Source: an uncultured bacterium
GTDB lineage: Bacteria; Zhuqueibacterota; QNDG01; DTFT01
Reading direction: 5' to 3'
Length of the DNA stretch: 64,000 nucleotides
NCBI GenBank assembly: GCA_963736115.1
Contig: CAVTNR010000002.1
Location: 64,001 to 128,000 of the forward strand
Both the position numbers and the translations under genes were made by a program. Of this stretch, positions 1-9,235 are shown piece by piece. The notes beneath the pieces are model-generated. The model saw only the letters and a list, made by a program, of their open reading frames with translations, searched no databases and was not told the DNA's origin. The stretch's first letter is position 1, and each line of letters starts with the position of its first letter.

Positions 1-443
1 CGCCTGCCGAGTCCGGCTGTTTCGTCCCGGTGAAAGCGGAGCGCAAACAGCTCATCCCCCGGAGCGGAGCCCTCACGCGTATCGAGGAGCACCCGGTTCA
101 TTCCGTCGAACAAGACGACGCGCTCGGCTCCGGTCAGGTCCCGGAAATGCCCGAGCTTGCCGCGGAAATATTCCAGTGTCCTGGGACCCGGTGAAGCGAG
201 CAGGTAGCCGATTTCCTCGGGATCGAACGCCGCGGCCGCCGCTCCCGCGACCGACTCGAGCTTACGCCCCAGCTCGTCCTCCAGCGCGCGCCGGACGGTC
301 CACTGCACGGACAGTCCGCCCAGGGCCAGCACGGCGATCAGCAGACCGGCAAAAAACAGGATCAGACGGACATGCAGACGGCTGAAGAAGGGGATGGAGC
401 GGCCGTCCGCCGCAGGATCCGGATGATGCGGTTTCCGGTTCAC
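1..443 (-). CDS. Partial membrane-anchored sensor protein, probably a histidine kinase N-terminus (runs off the window)
   Basis: Manually translated from GTG 443, which overlaps the upstream TGA: MNRKPHHPDPAADGRSIPFFSRLHVRLILFFAGLLIAVLALGGLSVQWTVRRALEDELGRKLESVAGAAA... This is a TM helix followed by an extracytoplasmic domain; the frame is open to position 1. The kinase core is not visible. Confidence 0.6.
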   Translation of the reverse strand, partial: MNRKPHHPDPAADGRSIPFFSRLHVRLILFFAGLLIAVLALGGLSVQWTVRRALEDELGRKLESVAGAAAAAFDPEEIGYLLASPGPRTLEYFRGKLGHFRDLTGAERVVLFDGMNRVLLDTREGSAPGDELFALRFHRDETAGLGR

Positions 444-1963
444 GGCTCGGGCGGGCGCCTGAGGCGCAGGATGGGTTCCATGGCGAGTGAATCGACTTGA
501 TGCGTGAGAAAGCGGACTGCTTCGTCGGGTTTCTTTCCAAACAGCGACACGGCATTTTTTTCGATCCGGTCGGCTTCCGCGAACATTTGTTCTTCGACGG
601 CCGCGCGCCATTCCGCGGCTCCGCCGATGAGACGGAAATAATCCCGGTCAATGCGGTCCACGTTTCTTTTCAGAATCCAGAACGCGGACGAATCGTCCGG
701 CGTGAACGTCCCCGGAAGCGGATTGAAGTGGCGGACAAAGGCTTCTTCTGCTGATTCGGATTCGGATTTGAATTCATATTCGGATGCGGACCCTGACCAG
801 GCGTGAAACGCCTCCGGCGTGCGTTCGATGCAGGCATACCAGGGTGTATAGGGTGTGACGTCCGGCCTTCCGAAAGCCGTCCAAATTTTAGCCGTCATCG
901 GATACGGAACGTCGGCGCGAAGCTCGGCGACCGTCGAGAAAAGCGTCACGGAATGGCAGATGGTCCGTTCACCTCCGCCATGTGGCGTCCTTCCCTCTCC
1001 TTCGGGAACGGCGTAGGGAGTGCCTTCATAATGGTCCCGCAGGACAGCCATCACGTCCTGCAACCGGATCTTCCTTCCGGGCTTCATGGAAAACGGAAGT
1101 CCTTCGCGTTCGGCCTCCTTTTCCGGAATCGGGTGGCCGGTGAGAAGGGACAGGCCGCGCCATTGCCTCAGGCTGAAGTTGCGCGGCTTCAGCGCCTCCG
1201 GATCGGATGAAGCGGCCCGATACGCCCGGCTGAAATCAAAGGGTCCGTCCGTATTGGGCGACCACCACCCTGCGGACCGGGCGTATGCCATGGGATCCTC
1301 GGACGAAAGCATGAAATTTTTCCTGTCACCGTCGGACACGCCGCGAACGACATAGGTGTTGGGAAGGACGACCACGGCGTCATCCGGGACGCGCTGTGCG
1401 ACCCAGTGTTTCCCGGCGGCTATGGACAGGAGCCACCCTTCTTTCGAATCGCAGATCACGAGAGTCCGACCGGATGACGGATAACCGAAGCGGTCCAGGA
1501 GTTCTCCGGCGATCCGCACTCCTTCGACAGCCGTTTTCGCGCGTTCGGCCACCACGCGCCTGAGGGGCCAGCCGGCGCCGCCTTCCGTAAGAACAGGATT
1601 CTGTTCGCGGGACGGGCAGGCGTCGCTGGCTACGGTCACGCCCCATTCGTTGCAGTACAGATCGGAATATTTCAGTCCATCGACCTGGAACCACAGCATG
1701 GCCCAGGTCTCGGCGGCCTGAGGAATTTCGGCTCCGCCAAGGAACCGGACCGTCTCTTCCGGGCCGTGCCGGAGACGCGGGACTTTCCAGACATGAACCA
1801 CACGGTCCCCAAAGTCGTCCTCGTTGTGGCCGAAGAGGACGGCGCCGGTCGCGGAAGCCTTGCGGCCTACGACCACGGACGTGCAGGCGTCCAGCGACTG
1901 AACCGCGAAAGCCGCCGCAAAGACGGCTGCGGAGATAAGGCGGAAAATCAGTTCTTTTCGCAT
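440..1963 (-). CDS. Secreted C69-family dipeptidase (Ntn hydrolase)
   Basis: Signal peptide followed by CTSVVVGRKASATGAVLFGHNEDD (N-terminal nucleophile Cys motif of C69); LRDHYEGT motif. Confidence 0.88.
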   Translation of the reverse strand: MRKELIFRLISAAVFAAAFAVQSLDACTSVVVGRKASATGAVLFGHNEDDFGDRVVHVWKVPRLRHGPEETVRFLGGAEIPQAAETWAMLWFQVDGLKYSDLYCNEWGVTVASDACPSREQNPVLTEGGAGWPLRRVVAERAKTAVEGVRIAGELLDRFGYPSSGRTLVICDSKEGWLLSIAAGKHWVAQRVPDDAVVVLPNTYVVRGVSDGDRKNFMLSSEDPMAYARSAGWWSPNTDGPFDFSRAYRAASSDPEALKPRNFSLRQWRGLSLLTGHPIPEKEAEREGLPFSMKPGRKIRLQDVMAVLRDHYEGTPYAVPEGEGRTPHGGGERTICHSVTLFSTVAELRADVPYPMTAKIWTAFGRPDVTPYTPWYACIERTPEAFHAWSGSASEYEFKSESESAEEAFVRHFNPLPGTFTPDDSSAFWILKRNVDRIDRDYFRLIGGAAEWRAAVEEQMFAEADRIEKNAVSLFGKKPDEAVRFLTHQVDSLAMEPILRLRRPPEP

Positions 1964-3138
1964 GTGCGGAGCAGATCCTTCACCGCGTCCCGGTGGACGA
2001 GGAAGGTGAGCATCTTGAACTTCACGAAATCGTCGCGATAAAAGGAATAACCCTTGTACGGGCCTTCATGCGCGCCGGAGCCCGAATCCTTGATCAGGAA
2101 CCAGTCGTGCCCGCCGACCTGGTATGTCCCGATGATGTGGATGCCGTGGTCATCGCCCGTGGTGCGGTTGTCGATGCGCAGTTCCCGGCTGCTCTGGTTG
2201 ATCCGGTCGCCTTGGATGTCGTATGTCGGGATGACGGCCAAACCGCTGTCCTTGTCCTTTCCGGATTCGGATACGTCGCCGCCGATGGCCACTGAGTATC
2301 CGTTCCGTATCGCCTGCGTGATCGCGGCGGACCATTCCTCCAGCGGGGCATTCCAGTATTCCCCGCTATGCCACCAGTTGTCCGGAACCTTGAACTCGCC
2401 TTTGGTGAAAAAGGTGTCTGTCATGCAGGACTGGAAGGAAACATACGCATCCACGGGAAAACGGAGCTTCTTTTCCAGAAAATCACGCGGGGTTATCCTT
2501 TTACCGGCCACGAGAATCGTTTCCGGCGGTTTGCCGAGATGCCGATCGAGAATGAGCCGGACATTGGCCAGGGCGTATTCCTCGTCCCAGTTTTCGTGCG
2601 CTTTCAGATACGAGAGGAAGTCCCGGAGCTCACGGAAGAGTTTTCCGTGGTTGTGCTTGACCGCGCCGTTCAGCAGGCCCGTGTAGTCGGACGCAGGCAC
2701 GATGCCGTACTCCTTCATCCGGAGAAGGACGGCTTCCTGTTCGGAGCCTTCCCCGAATTCGGAATTCCCCTTTTCCCGGACCCAGCGCCGCGCCTTCTCG
2801 ACATACTCCCAGTACACAACGTACATCTCGGACAGCTTGACCGGAGTGCCGTTCAGGCGGTGCAGTTCGGACTCCACGAAGGACAGACCGGAGAAGCACC
2901 AGCAGGTGCTCGTCGTATCCTGTCGGATCGGCGGCGTGTGGAAAACGGGACGGCAGTCCGCCACGGAGGCCGGATGCTCAATCCCCGAAAAATCCATGGT
3001 CAGTACGGTTTTCTTCTGTCCCCAGATGATCTTTTCCGCGTAGAATGCGGAATCCGGCTTCATGATCTGACCGGATGCGGCGGCGAAACCAAACGGGATC
3101 GCGAGAAACGGGATGGCTTTCGAGATAAAAGATCGCAT
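1948..3138 (-). CDS. Secreted C1 (papain/aminopeptidase C-like) cysteine peptidase
   Basis: Signal peptide; QDTTSTCWCFS, LSEMY, DDHGIHIIG and WFLIKDSG motifs. Confidence 0.85.
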   Translation of the reverse strand: MRSFISKAIPFLAIPFGFAAASGQIMKPDSAFYAEKIIWGQKKTVLTMDFSGIEHPASVADCRPVFHTPPIRQDTTSTCWCFSGLSFVESELHRLNGTPVKLSEMYVVYWEYVEKARRWVREKGNSEFGEGSEQEAVLLRMKEYGIVPASDYTGLLNGAVKHNHGKLFRELRDFLSYLKAHENWDEEYALANVRLILDRHLGKPPETILVAGKRITPRDFLEKKLRFPVDAYVSFQSCMTDTFFTKGEFKVPDNWWHSGEYWNAPLEEWSAAITQAIRNGYSVAIGGDVSESGKDKDSGLAVIPTYDIQGDRINQSSRELRIDNRTTGDDHGIHIIGTYQVGGHDWFLIKDSGSGAHEGPYKGYSFYRDDFVKFKMLTFLVHRDAVKDLLRTCEKN

Positions 3139-3155
3139 TATTTCCTCCTCATGAT

Positions 3156-3250
3156 GTACGCTCCGGGTAAACGTTCCGGGCCTTCAATGCGACAGTGTCT
3201 GATAAGTTTGGCCCCGCGCAGCGGGGAGGTTGGGAACCTCCCGGAGCGTT
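3156..3250. repeat. Composite palindromic repeat: acgctccggg/aggtt..aacctcccggagcgtt hairpin carrying a 46-nt insert (3181-3226)
   Basis: An uninterrupted version of the same hairpin is at 58554-58590. Confidence 0.75.
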
Positions 3251-3279
3251 CCGAATACAACGGAACGAGACCGTTCGTT

Positions 3280-3456
3280 TCAGAACCAGGTCCAGTCGTG
3301 ATGAGTGAAAAGATAATACACGACGTAAATCCATCCCAGCAAACCGTGAATCAGTGCCCAGATCACGGCCTTGTTTGCGGTCCACGACAGGATCATGGCC
3401 AGCACAGCCCCGAATCCGATCGACGATCCGGCTAAGATTCCCTTTCTTTCAGCCAT
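3280..3456 (-). CDS. Small hydrophobic membrane protein (58 aa), not in the ORF track
   Basis: RBS AAGGAG, then MAERKGILAGSSIGFGAVLAMILSWTANKAVIWALIHGLLGWIYVVYYLFTHHDWTWF*; two hydrophobic segments. Confidence 0.8.
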   Translation of the reverse strand: MAERKGILAGSSIGFGAVLAMILSWTANKAVIWALIHGLLGWIYVVYYLFTHHDWTWF

Positions 3457-3507
3457 TACATTCTCCTTTCCCGCACACGCTCCGGTGATTCGCGTATCTC
3501 TCGGTGT

Positions 3508-3586
3508 ACGCTCCGGGCCTTCAATGCGATAGCGTCTGATATGCTTGGCCCCGCGCAGAGGGGAGGCTCGGAGCCTCCATGAGCGT
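3508..3586. repeat. Second composite palindromic repeat with a 46-nt insert (3518-3563)
   Basis: Close direct copy of 3156-3250. Confidence 0.75.
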
Positions 3587-3595
3587 GATATAACA

Positions 3596-4696
3596 TCAAT
3601 CCCCCATGCACGTGCCCAACCTGCGGGCCACGTCCACCAAGGGATGGTCGGGGCTGACCAGCCGCATCTTTCCGCCGACGTCGCTCAGCGGAACAGCGAT
3701 GATGTCGTCGCCGCGCAGGGCCACCATGACCCCGGACGCGCCGTTCTGCACGAGCTCGGCCGCCTTGACCCCGAAACGCGTGGACAGGACGCGGTCATAG
3801 GGCGTGGGCGTGCCCCCGCGCTGAAGATGCCCCAGAACAGTGACGCGGCTTTCAAGTGCGGTGCCCTCCTCGATCGCCCGTGCCAGCACCTGTCCGATGC
3901 CGCCCAGCCGAATCGGGTCCGTGCTGGTCTTCACGGTCTGTTTCACCACCAGTTCGCCGCCCTTGGGCCGCGCTCCCTCCGATACCACGACAATGCTGAA
4001 TCGACGTCCCCGCCTGCTCCGGTCCAGGACCGCCGCGCATACTTTCTCGATGTCATACGGGATTTCCGGAATAAGAATCACGTCCCCGCCGCCCGCGATG
4101 CCCGCGGACAGGGTGAGCCAGCCCGCGTACCGGCCCATGAGCTCGATGACCATGACCCGGTGGTGCGACATGGCTGTGGTATGAATGCGGTCAATGGCCT
4201 CGGTCGCGATGGCAACGGCCGTGTCGAAACCGAAAGTGGTGTCCGTGCCCCAGATGTCGTTGTCGATGGTCTTGGGCACGCCCACGATATGCACGCCCTT
4301 CTGTGCGAGACCCTTGGCGATGGCCATGGAACCATCCCCGCCGATGGCCACGATGCACTCGAGACTGAGTTCATCGATGTAACGGACGACGTCGTCGGAA
4401 ACGTCCGCGAATTGGACGTCATCCCCTTCTTTTTTTACCGCCCATTTGAATGGATTGGCCGTGTTCGAGGTGCCGAGAATCGTTCCGCCGATCGTGAGGA
4501 TCCCGGATACCTGCTCCCAATTGAGCGGCATCACCCGTTTTTCGATCAATCCCTGGTAGCCGTCCTCGATGCCGACGATTTCCATGCCATAGGCTCCGAT
4601 ACACGCCTTGGATACGCCGCGGATAACCGCATTCAGGCCCGGACAGTCCCCACCGCCGGTGAGCACACCGATCCGCTTGGATGGTTTTACCGTCAT
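3596..4696 (-). CDS. pfkA: 6-phosphofructokinase (mixed ATP/PPi clade, group III-like)
   Basis: LTGGGDCPGLN, GGTILGT, GGDGS, PKTIDND, MGRYAGW and LGHLQRGG motifs; start chosen after the GGAGG RBS. Confidence 0.93.
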   Translation of the reverse strand: MTVKPSKRIGVLTGGGDCPGLNAVIRGVSKACIGAYGMEIVGIEDGYQGLIEKRVMPLNWEQVSGILTIGGTILGTSNTANPFKWAVKKEGDDVQFADVSDDVVRYIDELSLECIVAIGGDGSMAIAKGLAQKGVHIVGVPKTIDNDIWGTDTTFGFDTAVAIATEAIDRIHTTAMSHHRVMVIELMGRYAGWLTLSAGIAGGGDVILIPEIPYDIEKVCAAVLDRSRRGRRFSIVVVSEGARPKGGELVVKQTVKTSTDPIRLGGIGQVLARAIEEGTALESRVTVLGHLQRGGTPTPYDRVLSTRFGVKAAELVQNGASGVMVALRGDDIIAVPLSDVGGKMRLVSPDHPLVDVARRLGTCMGD

Positions 4697-4757
4697 GATT
4701 GCCTCCATATATGATAAAAAAGTATAGGCATTTTTTATTTTGAAATCAATTTAAATA

Positions 4758-4839
4758 TTGAAGGACCCCGCCGCAAGCAACGGGGGATCGCAAAAAACTT
4801 AGATGATGGACGCCCCAAGCGGCGGGGGATCAGACCCGT
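4758..4839 (+). mobile_element. Degenerate IS200/IS605-like palindromic element without inserts
   Basis: ttgaaggaccccgccgcaagcaacgggggatc...caagcggcgggggatc, same family as 41864-42117. Confidence 0.5.
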
Positions 4840-5001
4840 CGGAGCGGCCAGAAGCCCAATCATCAATCATCCAGAATAACTGGAACCAGAATGACCGGGC
4901 TTCTGGCCGCCCGATTGAGTGGATGCAAGGCGGCCCGGATAACCGGAAACCCTTTGCCCTTCCGCGTCGTTCATACATGGACAGACAGGAGCGGGACGCG
5001 G

Positions 5002-5940
5002 ATGAAACGAAGACATATCCTAATGATTCTAATGGGCTTGGCATTTCTTCAATGCCGGGCCGGAGCGCAGGATCCCATGCCCTACAACAAACTGACCGCG
5101 GAAGAGGAGAGGGTTATTCTCCATAAAGGCACGGAAAGGCCTTTCACTGGCCGTTTCGTCGATCATGATGAAAAAGGGACCTATTCATGCCGCAGATGCG
5201 GGGCTGAGCTGTACCGGTCCGAGGACAAATTCCGGTCGGATTGCGGGTGGCCGAGTTTCGACGATGAGATTCCGGGCGCGGTCAAACGCGTTCCTGACAC
5301 GGACGGCAGACGCATTGAAATCGTCTGTAACCGCTGCGGCGGGCACCTGGGTCACGTGTTCTCCGGCGAGCGACTCACTCCGAAGAACACGCGTCATTGC
5401 GTGAATTCGATCTCAATGGATTTCATCCCCGCGGCCGCCGCTCATGACGCGGCCAGCACGGACACAGCCGTGTTCGCGGCCGGATGCTTTTGGGGCGTGG
5501 AGCATCTATTTGCGGCGGAACCCGGAGTCCTATCCACGACAGTCGGTTACACGGGGGGCCGGAAGGAGAAGCCTTCGTACGAAGAGGTCTGCTCGCACGG
5601 GACCGGGCACGCGGAGGCCGTTGAAGTCGTTTTTGATCCGGCCCGGACGTCCTATGAGAAACTGGCCCGCCTGTTCTTCGAGATACATGACTTCACCCAG
5701 GTGGACCGGCAGGGGCCGGACGTCGGGGACCAGTACCGTTCCGCTGTGTTTTTTAGGAACGGGGATCAGAAACGGATCGCGGAGAACCTGATCCGGGCAT
5801 TGTCGGAAAAAGGACTCAAGGTCGCAACGAAGCTGGAGCCTGTGGAAACGTTCTGGAAGGCCGAGGAGTATCACCAGGACTATTATCGGAAAACCGGTAA
5901 ACAGCCGTACTGTCACTTCAGGAGAAAAGTTTTCGAATAA
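5002..5940 (+). CDS. msrAB: Exported bifunctional methionine sulfoxide reductase MsrB-MsrA
   Basis: Signal-like N-terminus; MsrB motifs GTERPF, CRRC/CNRC, GWPSF, HLGHVF, RHCVNS; MsrA motifs AGCFWG, GHAEAV, QYRS, AEEYHQDY. Confidence 0.92.
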   Translation: MKRRHILMILMGLAFLQCRAGAQDPMPYNKLTAEEERVILHKGTERPFTGRFVDHDEKGTYSCRRCGAELYRSEDKFRSDCGWPSFDDEIPGAVKRVPDTDGRRIEIVCNRCGGHLGHVFSGERLTPKNTRHCVNSISMDFIPAAAAHDAASTDTAVFAAGCFWGVEHLFAAEPGVLSTTVGYTGGRKEKPSYEEVCSHGTGHAEAVEVVFDPARTSYEKLARLFFEIHDFTQVDRQGPDVGDQYRSAVFFRNGDQKRIAENLIRALSEKGLKVATKLEPVETFWKAEEYHQDYYRKTGKQPYCHFRRKVFE

Positions 5941-5967
5941 AATTTTTTGGTCAGATTCAATACAGCT

Positions 5968-6010
5968 GTAGGTCCGAAATGGCCCGCATCTTCTTGCGGG
6001 CCTTTCGGAC
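5968..6010 (+). repeat. GTAGGTCCGA-type REP hairpin
   Basis: gtaggtccgaaatggcccgc-atcttctt-gcgggcctttcggac; near-identical inverted copy at 20394-20436. Confidence 0.7.
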
Positions 6011-6072
6011 GATCACTGCGGATGAAACCCTGAAGGGTAAATCCCAAACATAGAACCTTGAACTGTCTCCCC

Positions 6073-7262
6073 TCAGATCACCCCCAGCTTTCTCCCGATC
6101 CGCGTGAACGCCTCCACAGCGAAATCCAGGTCCGCCGTTTCGTGCCCGGCTGAAACCTGCACGCGTATGCGAGCCTGGCCGCGGGGCACGACAGGGAAGC
6201 AGAAGCCGATGACGTAAACTCCCTCGGCCAGCAGGGCGTCGGCCATGGACAGGGCGCGCCTCTCGTCGTAGAGCATGATGGGCACGATCGGATGGGTTCC
6301 CGGCTTGATGTCGAACCCGGCCGCGGTCATGCGTTTTCCGGAAATGCGCCGTGTTTTTCTCCAGCCGGTCCCGCAATTCGCGTCGTTCCGGAAAGCAGGT
6401 CCAGAACCGCGGATGTGGCTCCCGCCACTACGGGCGCGAGCGTGTTGGAGAAGAGGTAGGGCCGGCTCTTCTGCCTGAGAAATTCGATCATCTCCCCACG
6501 GCCCGCTGCGCATCCTCCGGACGCGCCGCCCAGCGCCTTGCCGAAGGTGGTGGTGACCAGGTCCACCTTGTCCCGCACGCCGAAAAGCTCGGGCGTCCCC
6601 CGGCCCGTGGGGCCGACGAATCCCGTGGCATGGCTGTCGTCCACCATGACAAGCGCGTCGTACCGCCCGGCCAGTTCGCAGATGCGGTCCAGTTTCGCGA
6701 ACGCGCCGTCCATGGAAAACACGCCGTCCGTGGCGATGAGTCGCAGGCGGCTGGACGCGGCTTCCTTCAGCTTGGATTCCATGTCGTCCATGTCGGAATG
6801 AGCGTAAATCAGTCTCTTCGCCTTGGCGAGCCGTATGCCGTCAATGATGGAAGCGTGGTTCAGCGCGTCTGTCAGGATCGCGCAGTCTTCGGAGAGGAAA
6901 GGCTCGAACACGCCGCCGTTGGCGTCGAAACATGCGGCATACAGAATGGCGTCGTCCGTTCCGAGAAAGTCCGCGATTTTCCGCTCGAGTGTCTTGTGGA
7001 GTCCCTGTGTGCCGCAAATAAAACGCACGCTGGACAGACCATACCCCCACCGGTCGAGCGCCTCATGCGCCGCTTCGATCACTTTCGGATGGCTGGAGAG
7101 GCCGAGATAGTTGTTCGCGCAGAAATTGAGGACCTCGCGGCCGTCCGCGAGCCGGATACGCACGGCCTGGGGTCCATCGAGCACGCGCTCGTTTTTATAC
7201 AGCCCCTCGTCCCGGATGCTTTTCAGCTTCGCGGTCAGGTCGTCTTTCAGCTTGCCGTACAT
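6073..7262 (-). pseudogene. kbl: Glycine C-acetyltransferase (2-amino-3-ketobutyrate CoA ligase) with two +1 frameshifts near 6381 and 6335, possibly sequencing errors
   Basis: NFCANNYLGL, SVRFICGT, LNHASIIDG, DDSHATG and TFGKALGG motifs. The C-terminus continues in two other frames (ELRDRLEKNTAHFRK, then RMTAAGFDIKPGTHPIVP...ARIRVQVSA). Confidence 0.9.
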
Positions 7263-7287
7263 TCGATATTCCTTTCTCCCGTAAAAA

Positions 7288-7363
7288 CGCACCCTGAAGG
7301 GTACGGCTACCAAACCATCTCAATATCACGGTAATCTCCGGTAGCCGCAGCCTTTAGGCTGCG
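7288..7363. repeat. Inverted REP doublet (REPIN/BIME-like) downstream of the RAYT gene
   Basis: cgcaccctgaagggtacggctacc, a 28-nt linker, then ggtagccgcagcctttaggctgcg. Confidence 0.9.
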
Positions 7364-7369
7364 CTTTTA

Positions 7370-7864
7370 TTACATTCCCCATGAATTCAAATCGTATACG
7401 GTTGAACCTTTGAACGGATAATCTTTCCATTCTTCCACTATACCCTTACGAACTGGATTGTCGAGTATGTATCCGACATGCCGCTTCAGATCTTCATCCT
7501 TCCTCAACACGTGGTCGTAAAAATCCTTCTGCCATTCAAAACCGGTATTATTTTTCGACATCCAATACCCGGTTTTTTGTTTAAAAAGAACCAGGCATTT
7601 CCGGATATCTGACTCCTCGGTTATCCCCTGAATGGTCAAATGCAGGTGATCAGGCATGAAAAGATAAATATGGGCCTGACAGTCATGACGCTCCAGTTCA
7701 TGAATCAGGATGTCTTTAAAAACAGTGACGAGGGACTGCTTGACGAAGGCTTTTCTTCGGTTCAGAATACAGCAGGTAAACGTCACAACGTTGAATCCTC
7801 GGTACAGGCCGCCATCCAGACGGTGTTTCTTTTCCTGTACAAACCGTGCGGGTTCGTTTGCCAT
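7370..7864 (-). mobile_element. REP-associated tyrosine transposase (RAYT/TnpA-REP, Y1 HUH family), 164 aa
   Basis: MPDHLH (HUH), FKQKTG, WQKDFYDHVLR and YILDNPVRKG motifs; AT-richer than its flanks; bracketed by REPs. Confidence 0.92.
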
Positions 7865-7879
7865 TCTCCCTCCCAAGAA

Positions 7880-8067
7880 CGCACCCTGAAGGGTGCGGCT
7901 ACCCAACCATCCCAATATTACGTTAATATCCGGTAGCCGCAGCCTTTAGGCTACGCAAAAGCGCAAGCTGAAGCTTGCGGCTACCAAACCATCCCGATAT
8001 CACGGTAATCTCCGGTAGCCGCAGGCTTTAGCCTGCGCAAGAACGCACCCTGAAGGGTGCGGCTACC
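7880..8067. repeat. Array of five GTAG-type REPs upstream of the RAYT gene
   Basis: REPs at 7880-7903, 7932-7955, 7962-7985, 8014-8037 and 8044-8067 in alternating orientation; the conserved 28-nt linker occurs twice. Confidence 0.9.
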
Positions 8068-8082
8068 AATGCCCGGCCGCGC

Positions 8083-9117
8083 TCAATCCAGCTCCAGCAC
8101 CACCTTCCCGCAGTCCCCGGACTCCATGACATCAAATCCCTTCTGGAAATCATCAAAACGGAACCGGTGGGTGAGCACGGGAGAAATGTCGAGCCCGCTC
8201 TGCAGCATGGTTTGCATCTTGTACCACGTCTCGAAAATCTCGCGGCCGTATATTCCCTTGAGCACCAGGCCCTTGAATATCACCTGGTCCCAGTCGATGC
8301 GCGTGCCGGGCGGCAGGATGCCGAGCAGGGCGATGCGGCCGCCGTGGTGCATGCTCTCGAGCATTTTCTCGAACGCGTCTCCATTCCCCGACATCTCAAG
8401 GCCCACGTCGAATCCGATCATGCCGAGTTCCCGCATGGCTTCGGCAATCGACGACTCGGACACATTGACCGCCCGGGTGGCGCCCAGCCTGCGGGCCAGA
8501 TTCAACCGGTACGCGTTGACATCCGTGACCACGACATTCCGTGCGCCCACGTGTTTCGCGATGGCCGAGGCGATCAGCCCGATCGGGCCTGCGCCCGAGA
8601 CGATCACGTCCTCCCCGACCAGATCGAAGGACAGGGCCGCGTGCGTCGCGTTTCCGTAGGGGTCGAAGAACGCGGCGATCTCCGACGGAATGCTCTCGTG
8701 CACGTGCCACGCGTTCGTCGCGGGCACGGACACGTATTCGGCGAAGCATCCGTCCCGTTGAACCCCGATGCCCACGGCATTGGTGCACAGGTGCCTCCGG
8801 CCGGCCCGGCACGAGCGGCACACGCCGCACACGATGTGCCCCTCGGCCGACACCCGCTCGCCCGTGTGGAAACCGCGCACCTCGCGGCCCCGCTCCACAA
8901 TTTCTCCGACGAACTCGTGCCCGATCACCTGGGGCGGATGGATGGTCTTTTGGGACCACTCGTCCCACTTGTAGATGTGCAGGTCCGTGCCGCAGATGGC
9001 CGTCTTGAGCACGCGGACGAGCAGGTCATTGGGGCCGAAGGCCGGAACGGGAACGTTCTCCATCCAGATCCCGGGCCCGGCTTCCCGCTTGACGAGCGCC
9101 TTCATGGTCTTCGACAT
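8083..9117 (-). CDS. tdh: L-threonine 3-dehydrogenase
   Basis: [42 protein letters not shown] and KGIYGRE motifs; RBS AGAGGAG; adjacent to kbl. Confidence 0.95.
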   Translation of the reverse strand: MSKTMKALVKREAGPGIWMENVPVPAFGPNDLLVRVLKTAICGTDLHIYKWDEWSQKTIHPPQVIGHEFVGEIVERGREVRGFHTGERVSAEGHIVCGVCRSCRAGRRHLCTNAVGIGVQRDGCFAEYVSVPATNAWHVHESIPSEIAAFFDPYGNATHAALSFDLVGEDVIVSGAGPIGLIASAIAKHVGARNVVVTDVNAYRLNLARRLGATRAVNVSESSIAEAMRELGMIGFDVGLEMSGNGDAFEKMLESMHHGGRIALLGILPPGTRIDWDQVIFKGLVLKGIYGREIFETWYKMQTMLQSGLDISPVLTHRFRFDDFQKGFDVMESGDCGKVVLELD

Positions 9118-9235
9118 GTCCTCTCCTCTGAACTCTGTCCGTTGCATTCCCGCGGACGAAAGGACCCCTTCGGCCTCCTGAATACCGGGAAGACTCGAAC
9201 CGGCGGAATCGTCCCGACAAGGACGCCGGAACTCT

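Noticed and set aside
6073-7262. kbl as a serine palmitoyltransferase partner for the KDSR-like gene
   Set aside because: The motifs (NFCANNYLGL, SVRFICGT, RQKSRPYLFSN) and adjacency to tdh identify it as Kbl.
7288-8067. Repeat-spacer pattern resembling a CRISPR array
   Set aside because: The repeats alternate in orientation, the linkers are near-identical rather than unique, and there are no cas genes. The adjacent RAYT explains the pattern as REPs.
9120-9235. Possible glycine riboswitch upstream of tdh (GCCGAAGG present on the minus strand)
   Set aside because: The other conserved elements (CTCTCAGG and a correctly placed GGAGA) are missing; an Rfam scan would be needed.
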